From: Methanopyrus kandleri AV19
GTDB lineage: Archaea; JAADCQ01; Methanopyri; Methanopyrales; Methanopyraceae
DNA length: 32,000 nt
Assembly: GCF_000007185.1 (NCBI RefSeq)
Contig: NC_003551.1
Location: 150,001-182,000, forward strand
Direction: 5' to 3'
Both the position numbers and the translations under genes were made by a program. This document shows positions 9,702 through 17,686 of the stretch, one piece after another (positions within the stretch are counted from its first letter, which is position 1; the number at the start of each line of letters is the position of its first letter). The notes beneath the pieces are model-generated. The model was given only the letters and a program-made list of their open reading frames with translations. It was not told the DNA's origin and ran no database searches.

Positions 9702-10819
9702 ATTCCTCCTTTGACACTCGATGCTATTAACACCTTAGGTTGAACCGCGTCTTTCGGTATTTCAACGATTACTAGTAAGTTCTCCCAGCTCCGGATACCT
9801 TCCCTAGCCTCAATGCTCATTAACTGACGAATGAAGCCGCCTCCCCGGCGTGCCCTTTCTACGGCCATCGCTTTCACCAGATCGCGGAGATCTACGAGCG
9901 CCACCGGCGACAGGTGAGGTGACGTGACTCTGGTGTTCAGGCCCGGGTAATTTTTAAGCGTATACGTGACACCCGTCCCGCCTCCGACGGCGTACGATCT
10001 CCCGGTTACGAGGCCTGCCGGGAATACCACCTTCCTTAGGGCCAAATCCGAGCTACCTGTACGGTACATGGTCTCCAACGCAGATGCTGATACTAGGTCA
10101 ATTTTGAAGTTATCTGGTAACCCGCCTTTAATCAGCATAATATATCGAACTATAGCCCCGCTTATTTGGTTGGGGCCCTTATATGCTTCCTTATTTTTAA
10201 CTTTAGCAATTTTCTTAAGAGCCCAGTTCGTAATCGATAGTGTCACCCTATCCCCGACTTTTATAGGACCCGTCTTATTCGGATCTGCCCAAATTGCTAT
10301 CAGTACTGTTTCAGGGCGCTTCACTTGAACTTTCATCAGTTCGTCAACACCCATCATCCTTATCTTGTTCAATGCGTCTCTGACAGTAAGCAACTGTGGT
10401 CCCTCAGGCGTAACTAATTCTACCCTCCCTTTCTTCTGATTCATTTTGATTTGCTTCGCCAGATACCTCCTCCACTCTACCGTTGCAGCGCCCACTACAT
10501 CAATTGCTTGTAACTGTTCTGGAGTCTCTGCTGAGAGTATTTGCTGCTGCAATTTAGTCCGCGTTGGTGAAGCTGCGAGCGGTCCTGTGAAATATGTGTT
10601 TAGCTCTTTCAACTTTTGAGCACGAAGTTTTTCCAACTGCTCTACATACGGTTTGTATACGAAAAAGTAGTACGCCCCACCGCCGGCGGCCAAGAAAATC
10701 AATCCTATGACGATCGCTCCGATCACGGCGTGGCGTCTCTCTTCCGGAATCTCAACGAAGTTCGTCGGTCTCACCGGCGGCCGCGGAAGCACCCTCTCAC
10801 CCCCCTCACCATGTACCAC
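9680..10819 (-). CDS. Membrane-anchored DUF515-like protein
   Basis: 379 aa. One N-terminal TM (HAVIGAIVIGLIFLAAGGGAYYFFVY) followed by a coiled stretch and a large extracytoplasmic domain. DUF515 resemblance is from memory. Start may be a few codons downstream. Confidence 0.6.
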   Translation of the reverse strand: MVHGEGGERVLPRPPVRPTNFVEIPEERRHAVIGAIVIGLIFLAAGGGAYYFFVYKPYVEQLEKLRAQKLKELNTYFTGPLAASPTRTKLQQQILSAETPEQLQAIDVVGAATVEWRRYLAKQIKMNQKKGRVELVTPEGPQLLTVRDALNKIRMMGVDELMKVQVKRPETVLIAIWADPNKTGPIKVGDRVTLSITNWALKKIAKVKNKEAYKGPNQISGAIVRYIMLIKGGLPDNFKIDLVSASALETMYRTGSSDLALRKVVFPAGLVTGRSYAVGGGTGVTYTLKNYPGLNTRVTSPHLSPVALVDLRDLVKAMAVERARRGGGFIRQLMSIEAREGIRSWENLLVIVEIPKDAVQPKVLIASSVKGGIWILPET

Positions 10820-11502
10820 GAAAGTAGCGCCGTTATCGTGACCGAGGCGACAACTTCCAGCCCCCGTTTTATCTCATCCGGGGGGATCAGGAACGAGAAC
10901 AGGAGCACGAGGGATGAGAGACCTCCCGCGGCCAGGATCGCCGGATGGGGACGCTTGAGGCTCGGGAACTTGATCGAGGAGATCATCAGTAAGGCCGAGG
11001 TACCCAGTATCACGGTATTGAGGACATACCACAGGTATGACGGACCCAAATCGACTGTTAGGAAATAGAGACTGCTGGCTATCGTTCCGACCCACGGAAC
11101 TGGGAGGCCGAGGTAGTACTCACCCGGGTCGTACCCGTCGACACACATCGCGTTGAACCGGGCGAGTCGGAGGGCACCGCAGCAAACCATCAGGACGGCG
11201 AGAAGGTAACACATCGGAGCCGGCACGAGACCGGCGGTGACTACTAGCACGGCCGGTGCTACCGCGAACGAGACCAAGTCAGCCAGTGAGTCCAGGTTCA
11301 TCCCGAACTCGGACTCCTTTCCCGTCCTCCTGGCCACGAACCCGTCCAATGAGTCCGCGATGAAGGAGAGTATGATGAACCTGGCGGCCGCACCCGGAAA
11401 CCCTGCGATCGACGCTAGAAGTGAAAACGCTCCGAAGACCACGTTGGTCAGCGATACCACGCACGCGGGTGTGATCAGCTCCGAGATCTTCCAACGCTCC
11501 AC
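10771..11502 (-). CDS. pssA: CDP-archaeol-serine O-archaetidyltransferase (archaetidylserine synthase), CDP-alcohol phosphatidyltransferase family
   Basis: ADSLDGFVARRTGKESEFGMNLDSLADLVSF matches the D-G-x2-A-R-x8-G-x3-D-x3-D family motif; multiple TMs. Confidence 0.9.
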   Translation of the reverse strand: MERWKISELITPACVVSLTNVVFGAFSLLASIAGFPGAAARFIILSFIADSLDGFVARRTGKESEFGMNLDSLADLVSFAVAPAVLVVTAGLVPAPMCYLLAVLMVCCGALRLARFNAMCVDGYDPGEYYLGLPVPWVGTIASSLYFLTVDLGPSYLWYVLNTVILGTSALLMISSIKFPSLKRPHPAILAAGGLSSLVLLFSFLIPPDEIKRGLEVVASVTITALLSWYMVRGVRGCFRGRR

Positions 11503-11508
11503 GTTACC

Positions 11509-12162
11509 TCACCTCTTCACCCTAATCACGGGAGTCTCGCCGGCCTTTACACTGTCCCCTTTACGTACGAGTAGCTCCTCCACGCTACTTCGGGGGACAG
11601 CCAGGTCGACCCTTGACCCGAATCGGATCATGCCGATCGGTTCCCCCTTGTTCACCTCGTCTCCCTCCTGTACGTACAGGTCGATCCTGCGCGCGACCGC
11701 TCCCGATACTAAACGGACGACGAACGGGGGGTCGCCGTCGAACAGCAACACCGCCCGGTTGTTCTCGGTGGCCGAATCTTTCCGGAAAGCCGGACGGAAC
11801 CGTCCTTTTAAAATCTCGGCCTCCACGACCCGCCCGTCCAGCGGGGCGCGGTTCACGTGCACGTCGAGCGGCGACATGAACACGGACACCGTTATCGGGT
11901 CGTCTAGGTACGAGCTCAACTCGTCGTCGGATGCCTCCCCGGCTTCCATCACGTAACCCAGCAGTCTACCGTCCGCGGGTGATACCGCGAGGGAAGGGTC
12001 CGAAGGAGGTTCACGCGGAGGGTTACGGAAGAAGAACGCCAGGAACGCCGCGGTTCCGAGGCAGAGGAAGGATAAGGGGCGAGACCATGGGAACAGTGCT
12101 GCGCCGAGGGCCGCCGGTGGTGTTACGAACTTCCACCATCCAGGCGCCATCAAATCGCTCAC
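11509..12162 (-). CDS. asd: Archaetidylserine decarboxylase (phosphatidylserine decarboxylase family)
   Basis: 217 aa; AVSPADGRLL, VFMSPLDVHVNRAPLDG, IGMIRFGSRVDLAVP (pyruvoyl G-S site). Adjacent to the synthase. Confidence 0.9.
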   Translation of the reverse strand: MSDLMAPGWWKFVTPPAALGAALFPWSRPLSFLCLGTAAFLAFFFRNPPREPPSDPSLAVSPADGRLLGYVMEAGEASDDELSSYLDDPITVSVFMSPLDVHVNRAPLDGRVVEAEILKGRFRPAFRKDSATENNRAVLLFDGDPPFVVRLVSGAVARRIDLYVQEGDEVNKGEPIGMIRFGSRVDLAVPRSSVEELLVRKGDSVKAGETPVIRVKR

Positions 12163-12707
12163 ACCCGCTCACAGACGAACACGAACCCGGGGACGATGTG
12201 TACCCACTTCAGGTACTTTTCCAGCACGCGGAGTGGAACCTCGTGATGGAGTAATTTAGTGAAGTATCCGGGCCAGTGCGTCAGCTGCACGAACCTGCCT
12301 GAAGTCTTAAGAACTGTCGCGCAGGATCGGAGGAACTCGAGGGGCTCGGGCACGGTTTTGACGGGGACCGTCGACAGTACGGCGTCGACGTTATCCACGA
12401 GCTCCGGTAGCTCGCGTGCGTCCGCGACCACGAACTCGATGGAGTCTTCCACCCCGTACTCCTCCGCGTTCCTCCGGGCCATGTCGATCATCTCGGGATC
12501 GACGTCGACGGCCAGCACTTCACACCCCATCTCCGCCGCCGCAATGGCGACGACTCCGTTCCCGGTACCCGCGTCCACCACGAAATCTCCTTCCTCCACC
12601 CCGGCCGCCCGAACCATGAACTCGGCGGTTTCCCTGCGGGTAGGGGCCGGCGCGCCCACTCGGAGCGGTTCGCGGAGTGCCTTTCTGACGAACGCCCATA
12701 CGCTCAT
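12159..12707 (-). CDS. Class I SAM-dependent methyltransferase, PmtA-like (candidate archaetidylethanolamine N-methyltransferase)
   Basis: Starts at ATG 12707: MSVWAFVRKALREPLRVGAPAPTRRETAEFMVRAAGVEEGDFVVDAGTGNGVVAIAAAEMGCEVLAVDVDPEMI. 4-bp overlap with the decarboxylase gene. Confidence 0.75.
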   Translation of the reverse strand: MSVWAFVRKALREPLRVGAPAPTRRETAEFMVRAAGVEEGDFVVDAGTGNGVVAIAAAEMGCEVLAVDVDPEMIDMARRNAEEYGVEDSIEFVVADARELPELVDNVDAVLSTVPVKTVPEPLEFLRSCATVLKTSGRFVQLTHWPGYFTKLLHHEVPLRVLEKYLKWVHIVPGFVFVCERV

Positions 12708-12730
12708 GGTATCCCCCCAGGGGTGGTGGT

Positions 12731-13357
12731 GTGGGAGTTCGCGAAGTCTTAAGACGCTTGGCGGCCGCTCTGAGGTCCGGACCCGAGGAGCTGGACATCG
12801 GAATATACGGGGCTCCCAACGTGGGCAAAACGACGCTGGCGAATCGCATCGCCCAGGATTGGGAGGCGGAGGAGTTCGGTCAAGTGTCGGAGGTCCCTCA
12901 CGAGACTCGGGAATCGGTGCGTCGAGAGGTAGCGATAGAGGTGGGATCAACAACGGTTAAATTCAACATCGTGGACACACCCGGCATCGCCACGAAGGTA
13001 GACTACCGTAAGTTCTTGGAGTACGGGCTTGACGTGCAAGAGGCGAAACAGAGGGCCAAAGAGGCTACTCGAGGGGTGGTGGAAGCGATCAAGCTCCTAA
13101 AGGACATCGACGGGGCGCTGGTCGTCATCGACTCCACCAAGGATCCCCTGAGTCAAGTCAACGTAACCCTGATAGGCAACCTGGAGGCCAACGACGTCCC
13201 GTTCTTGGTCGTTGCGAACAAAATAGACTTGGAGGAAGCCGACCCTGAAGCTGTCCGGAAAGCGTTCTCGGAATACCCCGTAGTCGCCGTCTCCGCGAAG
13301 ACCGGGGAGAACATGGCTAAGCTGTACGAAGCCATGGTTAGGGAGTTTACGAGTTGA
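12731..13357 (+). CDS. Era-like small GTP-binding protein (archaeal)
   Basis: G1 GAPNVGKT, G3 DTPG, G4 NKID, G5 SAK. Confidence 0.9.
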   Translation: MGVREVLRRLAAALRSGPEELDIGIYGAPNVGKTTLANRIAQDWEAEEFGQVSEVPHETRESVRREVAIEVGSTTVKFNIVDTPGIATKVDYRKFLEYGLDVQEAKQRAKEATRGVVEAIKLLKDIDGALVVIDSTKDPLSQVNVTLIGNLEANDVPFLVVANKIDLEEADPEAVRKAFSEYPVVAVSAKTGENMAKLYEAMVREFTS

Positions 13358-13716
13358 CGGACGGCGAGGTTAAAGTGGAGGTGCTAGCTAAATCGGCTTT
13401 AGAGAGGATGTCGACGGAGGAGGTCGTGGAGTACGTCATCGAAAAAACTAGGGGCGGGTCCGTGATCGTACTTGAGGGACAGTTAGACCCGGAGACGCTA
13501 ACACAGATCATCCGTGAGACTATGGAAAATGTGGATCTGGAAGAGTTCACAGGTGTGGACATCTACGTGGTACCACCGAAGGCGAAGACGGATAAAGGAC
13601 TTTTCGACAGACTGCTGGGACGCCAGTCCGAGGAGGGTATGACCGTGATCTCACCCGCGGACGTTCTGAAGGATATGAAAAAGGGGAAGGATTTCATCAC
13701 GCTAAAACTCGGATGA
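13354..13716 (+). CDS. DUF2073-like conserved archaeal protein
   Basis: 120 aa; 4-bp overlap with the Era-like GTPase, the usual archaeal neighbor. Family call from memory. Confidence 0.7.
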   Translation: MTDGEVKVEVLAKSALERMSTEEVVEYVIEKTRGGSVIVLEGQLDPETLTQIIRETMENVDLEEFTGVDIYVVPPKAKTDKGLFDRLLGRQSEEGMTVISPADVLKDMKKGKDFITLKLG

Positions 13717-13729
13717 CGGGAGATCTGCT

Positions 13730-13984
13730 ATGCCTCATATATGTATAAGATGCGGCGAAGTGTACGACAAGGTTACAAAAGAACTCATACGTCGGGGTTG
13801 CTTAAAATGTGGGTGTAGACTGTTTAAGCGGGTATCTGAGGATGACGGAGATAACCCAGCAACGATCGTTGTCGAACGTGATGGCGTTTACACAATTAAC
13901 ATTGAAAACATTGACGATGTTGTAACTGTATATAAATCAGGTAGATTCTTCATAGTGCTTCCGGAGCAAAAGTACGGGGATTAG
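13730..13984 (+). CDS. Zn-ribbon protein (conserved neighbor of the Era-like GTPase; OapC-type)
   Basis: 84 aa; HICIRCGEVYDKVTKELIRRGCLKCGCRLF four-Cys Zn ribbon. Confidence 0.8.
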   Translation: MPHICIRCGEVYDKVTKELIRRGCLKCGCRLFKRVSEDDGDNPATIVVERDGVYTINIENIDDVVTVYKSGRFFIVLPEQKYGD

Positions 13985-13988
13985 GCAA

Positions 13989-14609
13989 TTGAAGACCACA
14001 GAAAGACCTGAACTGAGAGTTAAAATACTTAGAGCAGCTGCAGTATCTCACGAAGACATCAGTAAGGAAATGGATTCATACTGTGCAATACTAGGGGATC
14101 CAGAAAGCATTGATGATATCGTATATGAAGTGATGCGTCTATCTAATTTTGAAATTATCGACAACAGTATAGTGAAAACTAGACACGGAATAGTAGTTTG
14201 GAGGTACGGAGTTGTACTAATAAAATCGACGCCTGAGATTACTTCATTAATAAAGCGAATAGTGAGTGATACGAACCTCATGTCTGTAGTATTTAAGGCC
14301 AAGGACGGGAACTTTCTGATAGCAGGACCGGACATTGTCTTGAAAAAAATTTTGAGTAGTGCTAGAGTTAAAATGAAGGTTAAAGTGACCAAGCGTACCA
14401 GAGGTATAGCTTTCGTTGAAACTTCCACCGTGGTATTCGATGCGATGCCTGGATTCTTAAAAGACATAATTAACACGCTTCTCGGCATAGAAGAGGAAGT
14501 ATTCAGTATTTTGGTCCTAGACGTTGAAGATCCTGAAAAGTTTAAGAAGATCATCGATAAAGGACCGAATGTATATTGGAGGAGAATTGAAGAAGATAAA
14601 GAGACGTAG
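13989..14609 (+). CDS. Conserved-operon protein of unknown function, 206 aa
   Basis: Long ORF without close competitors, directly following the Zn-ribbon gene; no family recognised. Confidence 0.75.
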   Translation: MKTTERPELRVKILRAAAVSHEDISKEMDSYCAILGDPESIDDIVYEVMRLSNFEIIDNSIVKTRHGIVVWRYGVVLIKSTPEITSLIKRIVSDTNLMSVVFKAKDGNFLIAGPDIVLKKILSSARVKMKVKVTKRTRGIAFVETSTVVFDAMPGFLKDIINTLLGIEEEVFSILVLDVEDPEKFKKIIDKGPNVYWRRIEEDKET

Positions 14610-14624
14610 AGGGGTTGTAAGCGC

Positions 14625-15806
14625 TTGCCATTGTGGAAGAGAAAGAAAAAAGAGGAGACAAAGCAAGAGAAAAAGATTGAAGAAGAGAAGAAGGAGAATA
14701 ATGAAAAGAAAGCTTCTAAACTACCAACATCTATTCAAGAGGCACTTAGTGAAGAGCCCGAAATAGAGATAGATGAAGGGCTCGAAGCACTTGGTATAGA
14801 TTTAGGCACCATGAACACAGTGGTTGCGAGGCCGGCCGAGGAGGAGTTTTTGGTGAAGCAATTTCCGTCTGTAGTAGCCGTGAAGAAGGGTACGAATCGA
14901 GTTTTGGCTATAGGTGAAGAAGCCCGCCGAATGCTCGGACGGACTCCCGAGGACATCGTGGCCGTGCGTCCAATGCGTCACGGTGTGATCGAGTCCTTAG
15001 AGTACGCCAAGTTCATAGTTCAGTACGCGATCGAGCTCGGATCGGACAACAGTCCCGAAGAAATCGAACGCGTCGCCGTAGGAGTGCCGGGTGATGCATC
15101 CGAGGTGGAGAGAGAAGCCATCGAAGAGGCGACCTCGGACGTCGGAATGGATAAGGACAACGTGATCGTGATCAACGAAGCCCTAGCGGCCGCCATCGGA
15201 GCCGGACTGCCGATCGCGGAGCCGGACGGTACTATGGTGATCGACATCGGAGCGGGTTCCACCGATATCGCCGTTATATCGTTGGGTGGAATCACCGACC
15301 AGGAGACCATGAGGGTCGGTGGGGACAACATCGACCAGAACATCGTCGATCTCGTGGAGGAGGAGTTCGGGGTGCGGATCGGCATCCACGAAGCCGAGCG
15401 GGCGAAAGTGGAGGTAGGTAAAGTCTTCACTGAGACCGAGGACATCGAGGACAAGGAGATCGAAGTGGTAGGCAAGGACATCGAAACGAACAAGCCCAAG
15501 GAGATCACTATCGACTCCGAGCTGGTGGCTAAAGCCGCGGAGCCCGTCGTCCAAGAGATCATCAGGGCCATCGAGAGTATCCTCGACAGGTTGCCGCCGG
15601 AGTTGGTCCCGGGCGTGTACGAGAACACCGTGCTCGTCGGAGGTACCTCACTAATGCGAGGCCTCCGAGCTAGGATCGAAGAGGAAACCGACGTACCGGC
15701 CGAGCTCGTAGACGATCCCCTGACGGTAGTAGCGAAGGGTGCCGCGATCGTAGCCGCGGAGCCGAAGACCTTGGAGCCCGAGATAAGACTCAAGGCTCTG
15801 AAGTGA
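14625..15806 (+). CDS. mreB: MreB/DnaK-superfamily actin-like protein (MreB homolog)
   Basis: GIDLGTMNTVVA (phosphate 1), MVIDIGAGSTDIAVISLGG (phosphate 2), VLVGGTSLMRGL (adenosine), plus a Lys/Glu-rich N-terminal extension. Confidence 0.88.
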   Translation: MPLWKRKKKEETKQEKKIEEEKKENNEKKASKLPTSIQEALSEEPEIEIDEGLEALGIDLGTMNTVVARPAEEEFLVKQFPSVVAVKKGTNRVLAIGEEARRMLGRTPEDIVAVRPMRHGVIESLEYAKFIVQYAIELGSDNSPEEIERVAVGVPGDASEVEREAIEEATSDVGMDKDNVIVINEALAAAIGAGLPIAEPDGTMVIDIGAGSTDIAVISLGGITDQETMRVGGDNIDQNIVDLVEEEFGVRIGIHEAERAKVEVGKVFTETEDIEDKEIEVVGKDIETNKPKEITIDSELVAKAAEPVVQEIIRAIESILDRLPPELVPGVYENTVLVGGTSLMRGLRARIEEETDVPAELVDDPLTVVAKGAAIVAAEPKTLEPEIRLKALK

Positions 15807-15842
15807 AGTACCCAGAGCGTAAAGCGGCCGGGAAGGCTCCCG

Positions 15843-16553
15843 TTGCGCCTTCGGGCAGACCTGCATACCCACACGGTATACTCAGACGGCCACGGGACCC
15901 CGCTGGAGAACGTATTAGCGGCGGAAGAGCGGGGACTCGAGACGGTCGCATTAACCGATCACGGTCCCGCATCACCCGACGGTCTCACGGATCGGTCCTT
16001 CAGACGTCTCGTGGCGGAAGCCAGGGAGGCGGAGAAACTCTGCTCGGTTCGGGTGTATGTTGGTGTGGAAGCGAACATCGTGTCAATCTCGGGAGAGATA
16101 GACGCAACACCGGCGATGCTCAGCGAGTCCGACATCGTGCTGGCCGCCATCCACAACCCTCGTCTGATACTGGCGAACCCGGGAAGTGCGGAAGAACTAC
16201 GACGCGCGATCGTACACGCGACGATCAGGTGCATAGAGAGTGGAGAGGTACACATAATCGCGCACCCGGTGTGGATCCTGGAGCAGCTCCGATGTTACAT
16301 AACCGCACAGGAGGCGGAAGAAATCGCCCGGGTGGCCGCCGATCACAACGTCGGGCTGGAGCTTAACGCGCGGCATCTCCCCAGGGACTTCACCTTATAC
16401 CAAGTCGCGATTCGGGTAGGGGCACCGATCACGTTCGGTAGCGACGCCCACGCACCTGAGGAAGTGGGGCGGTTCAAGCCGCTCCAGAAGCTAGCCCGAA
16501 GGCTCGGTATCGAACCGCAGGATGTACACCCGGAGGAGCTGGGGATCGTCTGA
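15843..16553 (+). CDS. PHP-domain metal-dependent phosphoesterase
   Basis: DLHTHTVYSDGHGTPLENV, LTDHG, GVEANI, HPVW, FGSDAH. TTG start. Confidence 0.88.
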   Translation: MRLRADLHTHTVYSDGHGTPLENVLAAEERGLETVALTDHGPASPDGLTDRSFRRLVAEAREAEKLCSVRVYVGVEANIVSISGEIDATPAMLSESDIVLAAIHNPRLILANPGSAEELRRAIVHATIRCIESGEVHIIAHPVWILEQLRCYITAQEAEEIARVAADHNVGLELNARHLPRDFTLYQVAIRVGAPITFGSDAHAPEEVGRFKPLQKLARRLGIEPQDVHPEELGIV

Positions 16554-17686
16554 CCCTGAGGACCTTAAACGTCGACTGGGAGGCGGTCAAAGACGCGCTG
16601 AGCGATACCGAGGAACCGGAAGAGCTTGCTGAGCTACTGAATCCCCCCGAACTCGCCGCCGCCTTACCGTACTCCGGATGCGATAACCCGCGGGAATTCC
16701 TCAAGAGGCTCGAGGTTCGCTCCGACCCCATCTCTTTAGCGTTAGTGGAGATACACGGCAGGGTCGCGAGGAAGGTGCAGGAGTGGAAACCGTTCGTGTG
16801 CCCTGATATCCGCGCGGCCCGCGAGTTCACGCGAGAGATCGTGGCCAAGGCTAAAGCCGACTTCTTAGCGGAGCGAGCCGGAGGATCCGAAGCGCTGGAC
16901 CTGTGCGCGGGACCCGGCGGAGACACGTTGGCCTTAGCGGAGCACTACGACGTGAAAGCCGTGGACCGTGAGGTACCTCGGATCGAGGCGCTGAAGATCA
17001 ACGCTCGGCTCCACGCGGGGCACGCCGTTGAAGTTATCGAGCTAGACGTCATGGAAGCCGAGCTTGATGCGGACGTCGTCCACGCGGATCCGGGCAGATC
17101 CGGCGCCAAGGACCCGAAGCGTACCGAGCCCCCCGCGACGGAACTACGAGACATGTTCTCAGAAGTCCCACACATGATCGAAGTGCCACCAGCCGTGAAA
17201 CCGAGACCGGGAACCGTAGTCTTCAGTGCGACGGGTGAGGTCCGTTCAGTCTGCTGGACCAACCTGACCGAAAAAGTCGCAGCCGTGATCGCGGAGACAT
17301 CAGCTGTTCTCGAAGGCCTTCCACGGAAGCCCACGGAAGCGTTGGAACCCGAAGAGGTGCGCTACGTTATCGAGCAGGATCCCGCCGTCCGTAAAGCGAA
17401 CCTTTCGTGGAAGCTCGCCGAGGAGCTCAACGTTCATCCGACAGTCGTCGCCGGTGAGGAGACAGTGTTGGCGTCGGAAGATCCACCGGACTTAACAGTC
17501 GATCACGTGATCAGGGTAGTGGAAGTCGGAGAAGAGGGCGACGGTCCGCCTACGATACGGTCTCTCGGTGTCAAACTGAACCCAAGACGGTTAGCAGAGT
17601 TGCGCAAAACGTACAAGGAGTACGACATCGTGTACGTAACGAAGGCCGGTGTCCTGGCCGGAAAAGTGATCTACGAAAGGGAGTGA
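16550..17686 (+). CDS. Class I SAM-dependent methyltransferase with C-terminal THUMP-like domain; probable non-canonical CTG start
   Basis: ALDLCAGPGGDTLALAEHYDVKAVDR and DVVHADPGR motifs. The first ATG/GTG/TTG is GTG 16745, but the frame is open and protein-like from CTG 16550 (LTLRTLNVDWEAVKDALSDTEEPEELAELLNPPELAAALPYSG...), 10 nt after GGAGGAGCT. ORF certain, start inferred. Confidence 0.8.
   Translation: MTLRTLNVDWEAVKDALSDTEEPEELAELLNPPELAAALPYSGCDNPREFLKRLEVRSDPISLALVEIHGRVARKVQEWKPFVCPDIRAAREFTREIVAKAKADFLAERAGGSEALDLCAGPGGDTLALAEHYDVKAVDREVPRIEALKINARLHAGHAVEVIELDVMEAELDADVVHADPGRSGAKDPKRTEPPATELRDMFSEVPHMIEVPPAVKPRPGTVVFSATGEVRSVCWTNLTEKVAAVIAETSAVLEGLPRKPTEALEPEEVRYVIEQDPAVRKANLSWKLAEELNVHPTVVAGEETVLASEDPPDLTVDHVIRVVEVGEEGDGPPTIRSLGVKLNPRRLAELRKTYKEYDIVYVTKAGVLAGKVIYERE

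Noticed and set aside
12708-12953. N-terminal 82 aa of the 264-aa methyltransferase ORF
   Set aside because: The Pro/Arg-rich extension overlaps the divergent GTPase gene; family similarity begins at ATG 12707.
14048-14554. 168-aa reverse-strand ORF opposite the 206-aa gene
   Set aside because: The Ser/Thr-rich translation is typical of the antisense frame of a real gene; the plus-strand frame fits the operon.
15020-15874. 284-aa reverse-strand ORF
   Set aside because: Antisense shadow of the MreB homolog, which has clear actin-family motifs.
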